Origin: Treponema sp.
GTDB taxonomy: Bacteria; Spirochaetota; Spirochaetia; Treponematales; Treponemataceae
DNA length: 64,000 nt
Strand: one strand, 5' to 3'
Assembly: GCF_024400915.1 (NCBI RefSeq)
Contig: NZ_JAKSLX010000014.1
A program made the position numbers and the translations under genes. Positions 36,374 to 45,472 of this stretch are shown piece after piece (positions within the stretch are counted from its first letter, which is position 1; every line of letters starts with the position of its first letter). The notes beneath the pieces are model-generated. The model was not told the DNA's origin. It made no database searches and saw only the letters and a program-made list of their open reading frames with translations.

Positions 36374-37204
36374 ATGATTCTTGGAATATCATCTTGTCTA
36401 AATCATCAGTCTCCAGAGGATTGGGCTGAAAAGCATGTGGTACTTGGATTGAAGTGTGTTAATTTTCCTGTGACTTTCGATCAGGGGCGAGAGAAGTACA
36501 TGGCATATAAGAATGCCGCAGATAAAGCAGGTCTGAAGATCGCGGAAGTAGGGGTATGGAGAAATACTCTTGCGGCAGATCCTGCAGAACGAAAAAAATG
36601 GATTGATTTTGCTGTAGGCCAGCTTAAGATGGCTGATGAGATTGGTGCCCTTTGTGCTGTGAATGTTGCTGGAACACCTCATGGACTTCGCTGGGATGGC
36701 GGTTACAGGGAAAATTTCAGCCGCAAAACTTGGGATGAAATCGTAAGCATGATTCAGGAGATCATAGATAGGGCAGAACCAAAGAATGCCAAGTATTCTA
36801 TTGAATCTATGCCTTGGATGGTTCCTACAGGTCCAGATGAGTATCTAAAGCTTATGAAGGATGTGAATCGTCCTCAGTTTGCCGCTCATCTTGATGTTGT
36901 CAATATGATTACAAGTCCACAGCGATATTTCTTCAATGATGATTTCTTGCGTGAATGTTTTGATAAGCTTCATGGAAAGATTCTAAGCTGCCATCTCAAG
37001 GATATCCGTCTGAAGGAAGAATATACATTCCAGCTTCAGGAATGTGCATGTGGCGAAGGTTCCTTGGATATCAATCTTTTTGCGGAGCTTGCAACAAAAG
37101 AAAATCCAGAAATGCCAATGATCATCGAACATCTGAACACTGACGAGGAATACATCGCCAGCATCAGATATGTCCAGAAAAGACTTGGAATTCAGGAGCT
37201 TTAA
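36374..37204 (+). CDS. sugar phosphate isomerase/epimerase (xylose isomerase-like TIM barrel)
   Basis: Length and pattern typical of the AP-endonuclease-2/xylose-isomerase-like barrel family (IESMPW, HLDVVN, HLKD, IIEH). Confidence 0.7.
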   Translation: MILGISSCLNHQSPEDWAEKHVVLGLKCVNFPVTFDQGREKYMAYKNAADKAGLKIAEVGVWRNTLAADPAERKKWIDFAVGQLKMADEIGALCAVNVAGTPHGLRWDGGYRENFSRKTWDEIVSMIQEIIDRAEPKNAKYSIESMPWMVPTGPDEYLKLMKDVNRPQFAAHLDVVNMITSPQRYFFNDDFLRECFDKLHGKILSCHLKDIRLKEEYTFQLQECACGEGSLDINLFAELATKENPEMPMIIEHLNTDEEYIASIRYVQKRLGIQEL

Positions 37205-37244
37205 GCTTCAAGACAACCCGAAATTTAACTGCGAATATCAGGGG

Positions 37245-38207
37245 TTACTGTCTTAGCAGGGGCAATTTATCCAAGGTGATTGCATTGTCGCTGCTATACA
37301 GTTCCCTTAACGCATCAAAACTGTTGTGATTTTCAGTAAGGCAGAAATCCTTGCTCCAGGTCATGAACCAAAGCCATGGAGTCTTGTCCTGCTTTAAGGC
37401 ATCTCCACCAGGAATGACCCCGGTTTCAGCAATAGCGGCGCCTTTGTCCATCTTTGTTATAGCCTTCAATTCTTTGTATCTGTCATCAAAAGAACCATGC
37501 TTGTGTGGTTCCGGATACTGGTCTCTTGAAATGATGTCACAATATTCATCACCAACATAACCTTCTGGTCTTGGATTGTTCCAGACCCAAATCAGATTAT
37601 CCAAATGATGATGCTGTGTATAATATTTGAACATGAAGCGATAAAGTTCCCGGGCGACATCCATTCCTTTTGCGCCCCACCAGAACCATCCGCCTTCGCA
37701 TTCATGGAAAGGTCTCCAAAGAATAGGAATATGTTTTTCACAGAAAGGTTCAAGAATTCCAGCGATGACATCCAAGTCGCTTTTAAATGCTTTGTTTTCG
37801 ACTGTTCCATCTTTAAGTGCCAGGCTGGCATCAAAATCAGTATGTTCTGTATAAAATGATTTATCGTTGCCGCCAACAGGAGAAAACCAATGCCAGGTAA
37901 AAGTCAGGATTCCACCTTTTTCCGCCCAATCCATGGCAAGCTTTAAGGTGTCACGGTTTTCAGTTACTTCGGTGATGCAGGATTCGCTGGCACCTTCCAA
38001 ATTTATGTTTGGTGAATATGATAACAGTTCAAACCCACAGATGGCGGGCAGTTTTCCCGTCTCCTTCTGGATCAATAAAAGTTCTTCCTGCTTTTGGGTT
38101 TGTGTATGTTGTCCCGTTAAAATTGATTTTCCCTCAATGCTGTTAAAATATTCAAGAAGCTTCTTTACTTCTGGCTGCGCATTTGGATTTACTGGTTGTG
38201 TAATCAT
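37245..38207 (-). CDS. beta-mannanase, GH26
   Basis: GH26 signature WRPFHECEGGWFWWG, plus FTWHWF. Start moved to ATG 38207 (GAGG upstream). No signal peptide. Confidence 0.85.
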   Translation of the reverse strand: MITQPVNPNAQPEVKKLLEYFNSIEGKSILTGQHTQTQKQEELLLIQKETGKLPAICGFELLSYSPNINLEGASESCITEVTENRDTLKLAMDWAEKGGILTFTWHWFSPVGGNDKSFYTEHTDFDASLALKDGTVENKAFKSDLDVIAGILEPFCEKHIPILWRPFHECEGGWFWWGAKGMDVARELYRFMFKYYTQHHHLDNLIWVWNNPRPEGYVGDEYCDIISRDQYPEPHKHGSFDDRYKELKAITKMDKGAAIAETGVIPGGDALKQDKTPWLWFMTWSKDFCLTENHNSFDALRELYSSDNAITLDKLPLLRQ

Positions 38208-38415
38208 GTTTACCTCAATTTTTATCTCTCTGCTAGCCAATTGTGATGTAGAAACAAAGCATTGGTCAATACTTGTCGGCGAGGAGGATGATGGAAATTT
38301 TTGTGATTTGGGGAGAATGGAATCGTGAAAAATTTTATAGAAGATGTTGGTAATCTTATTCTTATGGGATATAATTCTGGATATTAAATAAATCTAAGAA
38401 AAAAGTGGTGAAAAA

Positions 38416-39810
38416 ATGAAAAAAAAAGAAAAAAAAGTAGAATTTATTAAAAAGAATTATGAGTTAGTAGCCGAAGTATTTCCAAATGTCTTCCATGATG
38501 AAGTTACTGGTCTTTTAAACAAAGACAGTTTTTTAATGCAAGCAAGCGATTTGCTGAACAAAAACAAGCTAAAGAAATATGGTATCCTGGCCTTCAATAT
38601 TTATAACTTCAGAACTGCCAATGTATTATATGGTGAACAGAAATGTAACAACCTTTTAAAGCATGTAGCAGAAAGGCTGAAAGAATTATTTAAGGATGAA
38701 CCATTTATATGTTGTTATGGAGGCGATCAGTTTGTTGTATTGTTCGAATATTCTAATAAAAAAATAAGAAATTTTGTACATTATCCACAACGTATATTAA
38801 ACAGTTCTGCTCCTATCCCAAATCAAAAAATAAAAATGGGTGTTTACGCTCCAATTGATACTAGTAACAGACTGGTTGTTAATTGTGCAAGGGCATTCAA
38901 GGCAATAAATAATATAAAAGATAGATATGATGTTGATTATGCCTATTTTGATGATGAGTTGATACAAAAAGAGAAAAAGCAAACACTGCTTGAAGGATCT
39001 ATGGAGAAAAGCCTCAAGAATGGTGATTTCAAAGTATACTACCAGCCTAAACATGTAGCAAAAAATGGAAACCTTGCTGGGGCTGAAGCTCTTGTTCGAT
39101 GGGATCTTCCAGGTGCGGGAATGATATCTCCAGATGATTTTATTCCTCTTTTTGAGAAAAATGGTTTTATAAAAGAACTTGATTTGTATGTTCTTGAAAA
39201 GGTTTGTGAAGACTTAGTTAGCTGGAAAGCAAAAGGATTGGATATAGTTCCGATTTCTGTTAATTTTTCCCGCCAGGATTATTCTGATGACCAGATTTTG
39301 GATAAACAAATTCAAATCGTGAATGCTTCTGGAATAGAACGTAAATATATTCATTTTGAAGTTACCGAATCGAAATGTGGTGTTGATATTGAATCTCTTA
39401 TCAAGAAACTCAAAAAAACACAACAGGCTGATTTTAAAATTGAGATGGATGATTTTGGTACTGGTTATTCTTCATTAGGAGCTTTGCATAAATTTCCTTT
39501 AGATGTTATTAAACTGGACAAGAGTTTAATTGATGCTGTTGTTGAAAATGACATCATAGTTGCTGGCATGATCAATATTGCTCACAATTTAGGGTTAAAT
39601 GTAGTGGCCGAAGGTGTTGAGAATCCAGAGCAGTTAAATATATTGAAATCTGCTACATGTGATATTATCCAAGGGTATCATTTTTCTAAACCATTGAAAG
39701 AACAGGATTTCGAGAATTATCTTGGAATGTATAAAAACAAAACAGAAGAGATACCTTCAAGAAAAGAGATGATTTCATCAGATTCTCTTCAAGATCCTCA
39801 GCCACTTTGA
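38416..39810 (+). CDS. c-di-GMP phosphodiesterase: degenerate GGDEF plus EAL domain
   Basis: Degenerate YGGDQF. EAL motifs EALVRW, DDFGTGYSS and QGYHFSKP. Confidence 0.85.
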   Translation: MKKKEKKVEFIKKNYELVAEVFPNVFHDEVTGLLNKDSFLMQASDLLNKNKLKKYGILAFNIYNFRTANVLYGEQKCNNLLKHVAERLKELFKDEPFICCYGGDQFVVLFEYSNKKIRNFVHYPQRILNSSAPIPNQKIKMGVYAPIDTSNRLVVNCARAFKAINNIKDRYDVDYAYFDDELIQKEKKQTLLEGSMEKSLKNGDFKVYYQPKHVAKNGNLAGAEALVRWDLPGAGMISPDDFIPLFEKNGFIKELDLYVLEKVCEDLVSWKAKGLDIVPISVNFSRQDYSDDQILDKQIQIVNASGIERKYIHFEVTESKCGVDIESLIKKLKKTQQADFKIEMDDFGTGYSSLGALHKFPLDVIKLDKSLIDAVVENDIIVAGMINIAHNLGLNVVAEGVENPEQLNILKSATCDIIQGYHFSKPLKEQDFENYLGMYKNKTEEIPSRKEMISSDSLQDPQPL

Positions 39811-41154
39811 TGGGATTTCCAGAGAAGAAAGAGTTGAGGATTTGAATTCTCCACCGTTCAACAAATCTGTGTAGATTCCGTTTTTGTCCAGTTGATTGCT
39901 TGCATGAAGATCCATTTTTGCGTCATTGGAATCGATGTTTATGCAGACGATGATTTCCTGTCCTTCGTATTGGCGAGAAAAGGCAAACTGTTGGTTTGAG
40001 ACTGAAATTTCCCTGTAATCGCCTTTCTGAAGGACGGAATTTTCCTGACGGATTTTTGCGAATCTTTTGATTGAATCGACCAGTGCCGTTGAATCCACAT
40101 CAGGACGGCAAAAATCCTCCAGTCTTTCAACAAATGGCGGCAGGGCTGGACGGAGCTGGAAGTCATCCCATTGTCCACGGCAGCCTTTGATTCCGAGTTC
40201 GCTTCCGTAATAGATTGATGGAATTCCTGGAATCGTAAAAAGAATTCCATAAAGCAGATGGAGAGAGCAGCAATCCTTCAATGTCGATCCGATCCTGTTT
40301 ACATCATGATTGTCCACAAAATTATAAAGAGGCGAATAACGGTAAATACCATTTGGCCCGAATTCTCTATTCAGATTGTAGGAAAGCTCAAAAAGATTTT
40401 TGTCGTTGATGCTGGACCAGATTCCTTTGTAAATCTGGTAGTTGGTGACTGAATCAAGGCGGCCTGGTTTTGCCCAATTGTTGTAGTCACCATTTACAAC
40501 TTCTCCCATAAGCCAAAAGTCATCTTTGATGGATTTGCAGAAAGAAGAAAGCCTGTCCATGAAAACTGGCGAAAGCACATCCGCCGCATCAAGCCTAAGT
40601 CCATCTATCCCAAATTCCTCGATCCAGAATTTGACCGCTGAAAAAAGATGATCCTGTACCGCTGGATTCTCGCCATTGAGTTTTACCAGATCTTTGCAGC
40701 CGGCCCATCCGTCATAGTCGAAATTGTCTCCAAAACAGCTTCTTCCATCGAAGTTTATGTTCAGGTACCAGTCCTTGTAGGATGAATTCGTGCCATTCTT
40801 TATGAGATCCTTGAAGGCAAAAAATTCCCGCCCGGTGTGATTGAAGACCGCATCAAGAATCACGGAAATTCCCCGGTTGTGGCATTCCCTGCAGAAATCC
40901 TTGAATTTCTCATTGTTCCCAAGACGGCGGTCAACGTAAAAATAATCCAGCGTATCATATCCGTGGGAAGTGGATTCAAATATCGGTCCGATATAAAGAG
41001 CGTTCACTCCAAGCTCATGGATTCTGTCCAGTTCCGGTGTTAGAATTTCAAAAAAATTACCGGGTGGACATTGGTAGTCATTATGACGAGGACAGTTCCC
41101 CATCCCCAGAGGATATATGTGATAAAAGAATTTATCTGAGAAAATTGCATTCAT
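39778..41154 (-). CDS. alpha-amylase family GH13 enzyme (neopullulanase/cyclomaltodextrinase-like)
   Basis: GH13 regions VILDAVFNH, GIDGLRLDAA, MGEV and FVDNHD. No signal peptide. Its 3' end overlaps the EAL gene by 33 nt. Confidence 0.9.
   Translation of the reverse strand: MNAIFSDKFFYHIYPLGMGNCPRHNDYQCPPGNFFEILTPELDRIHELGVNALYIGPIFESTSHGYDTLDYFYVDRRLGNNEKFKDFCRECHNRGISVILDAVFNHTGREFFAFKDLIKNGTNSSYKDWYLNINFDGRSCFGDNFDYDGWAGCKDLVKLNGENPAVQDHLFSAVKFWIEEFGIDGLRLDAADVLSPVFMDRLSSFCKSIKDDFWLMGEVVNGDYNNWAKPGRLDSVTNYQIYKGIWSSINDKNLFELSYNLNREFGPNGIYRYSPLYNFVDNHDVNRIGSTLKDCCSLHLLYGILFTIPGIPSIYYGSELGIKGCRGQWDDFQLRPALPPFVERLEDFCRPDVDSTALVDSIKRFAKIRQENSVLQKGDYREISVSNQQFAFSRQYEGQEIIVCINIDSNDAKMDLHASNQLDKNGIYTDLLNGGEFKSSTLSSLEIPSKWLRILKRI
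41065..41080 (+). repeat. iteron 16-mer TGGACATTGGTAGTCA inside the amylase CDS
   Basis: The 14-mer TGGACATTGGTAGT is identical to the copies at 12340, 21972 and (inverted) 13908-13921. It is read on the minus strand as D-Y-Q-C-P (codons 26-30). Confidence 0.6.
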
Positions 41155-41172
41155 TTTTTGATTCTCCGCGAA

Positions 41173-41751
41173 TTAACTTACGATTCCGTACATGAAGGAA
41201 TGGACGAGCTGATAGATGATCTGGTCGTCCGCTTCGATTTCCTTTGCCAGAACTGCCATGGAAACTGAAAAAAGGCTGTTTGTGAACAAGGTGGCATAAA
41301 GGATTTCCTTGCCCCTCATGTTTCCCAGTTCCTGGCACGAAAGCTCAAAGAAATGGCGGATTGTGTTTTTGATTTGCTCTGTCACCTTTGTATAGATCGA
41401 TTTGGCCTCGCTGTTCTCCGGTGCATTGATCAAGGAATTGTGAAGCCTGAAAAAAACTGTATTCTCACTGGCGAATTTGATCGTGTCCTGATACAGGCGG
41501 GTTATTGATTTAGTGAAGTCATGTTCGTATTCCGCGGCATTTTCTATAAGCTGGCAGAATCTGTTTCCATAGGTTGACGCGATCTCTTCCAGAATTCCAG
41601 CCTTGCTTCCAAAATAATAATACAAGGTTGGCTTTGTGATTTCCGCCTGCTGGCAGATTTCCTGGACTCCAACTCCATCGTATCCTTTCTGCGCAAACAG
41701 ATTCATTGCGATATTCAAAATCTGTGATTTTCTTCCTTCATCCTGTTCCAT
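41173..41751 (-). CDS. TetR/AcrR family transcriptional regulator
   Basis: N-terminal HTH ILNIAMNLFAQKGYDGVGVQEICQQAEITKPTLYYYF. Start set to ATG 41751; the TTG at 41787 is an alternative. Confidence 0.85.
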   Translation of the reverse strand: MEQDEGRKSQILNIAMNLFAQKGYDGVGVQEICQQAEITKPTLYYYFGSKAGILEEIASTYGNRFCQLIENAAEYEHDFTKSITRLYQDTIKFASENTVFFRLHNSLINAPENSEAKSIYTKVTEQIKNTIRHFFELSCQELGNMRGKEILYATLFTNSLFSVSMAVLAKEIEADDQIIYQLVHSFMYGIVS

Positions 41752-41894
41752 GGGTTTTAATATACCGAACGGTAGGTATAATGTCAATAAAAGAAATTGT
41801 GCCGTTGCATTAAAATTTCAATGAAATTTCGGATATCATGGTGTTTTCGCTGTATAATGATTCTGTTGTTACAGAGTCGGTTTTAAGAGGAAAG

Positions 41895-42458
41895 ATGATG
41901 ACAAAAAATGAACTGCGAACCCAGATAAAGGTGAGCCTTAAAGAAGCAAAATCCACGCTTCCAGCTGAATCAGAAAGGATTTGCAAAAAGCTGCTTGCCA
42001 CAAAAGCATACAGGGAATGTAACTGCGTTCTTGCCTACATGGCCCTTTTTGATGAAGTCGATCTTTCTTTCGTAATGGAGAACGCCTTGAAGGACGGGAA
42101 AAAAGTCTATATTCCCAGGGTCGTTCCGGATTCTTCCGATATGGATTTTTTCAGATATGACGAGGATTCCGAAATTGCATGCGGAAGCTTTGGAATTGAT
42201 GAGCCTGATTCAAATGGCGAGAAATTCCTTTTGGAGAAACGGGATGAGAATATCCTTGTGCTTGTTCCCGGACGTGCCTTTACAGCTGATGGAAAACGTC
42301 TTGGCCGCGGAAAAGGTTATTATGACAAATATCTTGGTGATCTGATTAGATGCGATCCGAAAAATCTGAATCTGATTGGAGTTTGTTTTCCGCTTCAGGT
42401 TGTGGAGGATCTTCCTGTAGAAGACCATGATATTAAGATGGACGAAGTTGTCTGCTGA
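41895..42458 (+). CDS. 5-formyltetrahydrofolate cyclo-ligase
   Basis: Family motifs VYIPRV and LVPGRAFTADGKRLGRGKGYYD. Start moved to ATG 41895 (AGAGG upstream). Confidence 0.85.
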   Translation: MMTKNELRTQIKVSLKEAKSTLPAESERICKKLLATKAYRECNCVLAYMALFDEVDLSFVMENALKDGKKVYIPRVVPDSSDMDFFRYDEDSEIACGSFGIDEPDSNGEKFLLEKRDENILVLVPGRAFTADGKRLGRGKGYYDKYLGDLIRCDPKNLNLIGVCFPLQVVEDLPVEDHDIKMDEVVC

Positions 42459-42507
42459 AATGAAATTTGGTCAGATTATCCGCAAAGAATGGAAAACATG
42501 ATGGAAG

Positions 42508-42556
42508 AATGCATCCCAGACTGGAAAGCTCCAGCTGAATGGGATGCATTTTTTTG
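42508..42556 (+). terminator. Rho-independent terminator
   Basis: 11-bp stem AATGCATCCCA/TGGGATGCATT with an inner CTGGA/TCCAG stem, followed by TTTTTT. It abuts the stop of the convergent MATE gene. Confidence 0.75.
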
Positions 42557-43957
42557 TTACACCAGAGCAGGTCTAGAGAACATCTTTTTCCAATATATCA
42601 GAAGCATGATGATTGTTGTAAGGAAAGAAAGCGTGTCGGAAACAGGCCCAGTCCAAAGGACTCCTTCAACACCAAGGAAAATTGGAAGGATGAAGGTGAA
42701 TGGAAGCTGGAACACAATCTGCTTTGAAAGTGAAAGAATTGAGGCCTGCATTGGATATCCTAAAGCCTGGAAAAAAATTCCGCTCATGATCTGGATACCA
42801 AGGGTTGGAATCAGCATAAGATAGATCCTCATGCATTTTATGGCAAATTCATTGTAGATGTCGTTTTCAGAACCGAAGATGCTGATGATTGCCATTGGTT
42901 TGAGCTGTGCCACGAGAAATGCGCAAGTGCAGATTATTGTTGAGATTACTGCCACAAGCTTGAACATTCTTTTTACGCGGTCATATTTTCCACTGCCATA
43001 ATTGTATCCAAAGATTGGCTGTGCGCCTGCAGAAAGGCCGATCACGATGCTCATGATGATAGAGAAAGTCTTCATCGTGATTCCAAGAGTTGTGACCGGA
43101 ATGTCTGGACCGTATTTTGATTTCAATCCGTATGCTACAAGGACATTGTTTCTGGCTGCAATCGCAATGACCAATGCCATCTGAGAAATGAAGCTTGAGA
43201 CACCGAGCTTTGATACAACTGGAATATATGAAAGGCTTTTCTTCCATAAAAAGCGGTGGAGCTTTACGCTCTTCATTTTTCTTGTGAAGTAATAGATATT
43301 CAGAATTCCGTTTGCTGCCTGTCCAAGAATTGTGGCCAAAGCTGCACCCTTTACTCCCCAATGGAAGATGAAGATAAAAATAGGATCCAGCACAACATTT
43401 ATGATTGTTCCTGTAAAAAGACCGATCATGTTGAATCTTGGGTTGCCGTCAGCGCGGATTATGCTAGAACCTCCAGAACAGATTGCGCAGAAAGGAAGAC
43501 CGATTGTGATTATCCGGCCATATTCGACCGCATAGGGAAGAATCCCATCGGAAGCTCCGAAAATTCGGCACAATGGTTTCATGAAGATCATGTAGAGGAT
43601 TGCAAGGAAAAGTCCAATTGTCAAAAATCCTATGATTCCTGCCATTGTTCCTTTTGCGGCCTCTTCTTCCTTTTTTTCTCCAAGCTTGAGGCTTAGGAAT
43701 GCTGCGGCGCCGTCACCGAATAGAAGTGAGAATGCCATGGCAAATGTAACGACTGGAAAAATAACAGAGGTAGCGCCGTTTCCAAGATACCCGACTCCTC
43801 GTCCAATAAAAATCTGGTCAACGATGTTATAGAAGGAATTTACCACCATGGAAATGATTCCAGGAATGGCGAATTTTGCCAGAAGCTTTCCGATTCTTTC
43901 AGTTCCTAAGATATTTTCTTTAGGTGATTCATTTGTTGATTCATTATCTTTTTTCAT
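42557..43957 (-). CDS. MATE family efflux transporter
   Basis: MATE motif LAKFAIPGIISMVVNSFYNIVDQIFIG. Start moved to ATG 43957. Confidence 0.85.
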   Translation of the reverse strand: MKKDNESTNESPKENILGTERIGKLLAKFAIPGIISMVVNSFYNIVDQIFIGRGVGYLGNGATSVIFPVVTFAMAFSLLFGDGAAAFLSLKLGEKKEEEAAKGTMAGIIGFLTIGLFLAILYMIFMKPLCRIFGASDGILPYAVEYGRIITIGLPFCAICSGGSSIIRADGNPRFNMIGLFTGTIINVVLDPIFIFIFHWGVKGAALATILGQAANGILNIYYFTRKMKSVKLHRFLWKKSLSYIPVVSKLGVSSFISQMALVIAIAARNNVLVAYGLKSKYGPDIPVTTLGITMKTFSIIMSIVIGLSAGAQPIFGYNYGSGKYDRVKRMFKLVAVISTIICTCAFLVAQLKPMAIISIFGSENDIYNEFAIKCMRIYLMLIPTLGIQIMSGIFFQALGYPMQASILSLSKQIVFQLPFTFILPIFLGVEGVLWTGPVSDTLSFLTTIIMLLIYWKKMFSRPALV

Positions 43958-44122
43958 ATGTTTAGATAATAACGATAAATAAAATTGACTGCAATCAGAG
44001 GAAATTTCTGCGGTTTGGTTGAAAATGCAACTAAAGGATATTTTTTTTGTCATTTTTTCAATGGACGTTTCTCAAAATGTGGATATATTATGTTAGATAC
44101 ATAGAATCGGAAAAGGAAAAAA

Positions 44123-45472
44123 ATGAAATTCATACATACAGCAGACTGGCATCTTGGAAACAGGATGCACGACATTGAGCGCAATGAGGAATTTAAATCG
44201 TTTCTGTCATGGCTAAAGAATGTGATTGTTGAAGAGAAAGCGGAAGGATTGATTGTTTCCGGTGACATTTTTGATACCGCGAATCCTCCTACAGAATCAA
44301 GACGGCAGTACATAAAATTCCTTGCGTCGCTTCTGGATACCTGCTGCAGGAATGTGATAGTTGTCGGCGGAAACCATGATTCCGGTGCTTTGCTGGATTC
44401 AGAAAAAGATATTCTTGCGGCCTTGGACATTCATGTCGTTGGTTCAATTTCTAATATCCGCCTGGAAGACATGGTTTTTGAGCTGAAGGATGATAATGAT
44501 GATGCGTCCGCAATCTGTGTTGCCATTCCTTTTGTCCGTGAAAATGATCTTAGGGATTATTTTGATGAAGAGGTTGAGGACGGCTGTTTCAGCGATCAGG
44601 CTTATGGTGCCTTGTACAATAAGGCGCTTGAAATCGCAAAAAAAATGCGGGGGGATCGCCAAATTCCGATTATCGCCACAGGCCATCTTTATGCGGCGAA
44701 TCTTGAAGGCAGGTTTTCAGCAGCGGAAAAGGAATCTGGTTCAGATGACGGACGAAGAATCCTTGATGTTGTAGGAAAACTTGGATCTGTCCATGCATCT
44801 GTTTTTTCTCCTGAATACGATTATGTCGCTCTCGGTCACATCCATTACACGACCATGGTGGATAAGAATCCCAAGGTGAGATATTCCGGTTCGCCTTTTA
44901 TTCTTGGATTCGATGAAGCTCATCTTGACCGCAATGTGTTGAGCGTGAATGTGGAAAAAGGGAAGAAACCGGAAGTCAATAAGATTGCGGTTCCAAGGAC
45001 AGTCGAATATAGAAGGATTTCTGGAGACTGTGAGACTATCCGCAAGGAGCTTGAAAAATATCATTTGAAGGAAGCGGATGGAATCACAGGCAAGTACATG
45101 GAAAGTCATCTGGAGCTCTATTATAAGAGGGAAGATGGAATCAACATCAACGATGAGCTTGAAGGCCTGATCACTGAGCTGAAGGAAAAAGAAGTCTATG
45201 TCGCCAGCAGAAGGGTGCAGGATGTGGGAAAAATCATGAATGGTGAAAATCCATATTGCGACGATATGGATGAACTTAAAAACATGGCTCCTGAGGAAAT
45301 CTTTAAGGCGCTTCTGCTTTCCAAGTCCCCAATCGATCTAGGTGAAATGGAAGAAGATATGACTGACGAGGAAAAAGATAAGAAAATCAGGGAAAAGCAG
45401 GATGAAATCGTAAAAAAATATCTTCCTACCTTTATGGAAATCTATAGCTCAGTTCAAAATGGAGATATGTAA
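44123..45472 (+). CDS. sbcD: exonuclease SbcCD, nuclease subunit D
   Basis: Mre11-type phosphoesterase motifs MKFIHTADWHLG, GDIFD, GNHD and GHIH. Confidence 0.9.
   Translation: MKFIHTADWHLGNRMHDIERNEEFKSFLSWLKNVIVEEKAEGLIVSGDIFDTANPPTESRRQYIKFLASLLDTCCRNVIVVGGNHDSGALLDSEKDILAALDIHVVGSISNIRLEDMVFELKDDNDDASAICVAIPFVRENDLRDYFDEEVEDGCFSDQAYGALYNKALEIAKKMRGDRQIPIIATGHLYAANLEGRFSAAEKESGSDDGRRILDVVGKLGSVHASVFSPEYDYVALGHIHYTTMVDKNPKVRYSGSPFILGFDEAHLDRNVLSVNVEKGKKPEVNKIAVPRTVEYRRISGDCETIRKELEKYHLKEADGITGKYMESHLELYYKREDGININDELEGLITELKEKEVYVASRRVQDVGKIMNGENPYCDDMDELKNMAPEEIFKALLLSKSPIDLGEMEEDMTDEEKDKKIREKQDEIVKKYLPTFMEIYSSVQNGDM

Noticed and set aside
39778-39810. 33-nt convergent overlap of the EAL and amylase genes, and the 4-nt overlap at 23306-23309
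   Set aside because: These are probably just compact convergent gene ends. The EAL C-terminal tail may be non-essential. No further signal was seen.
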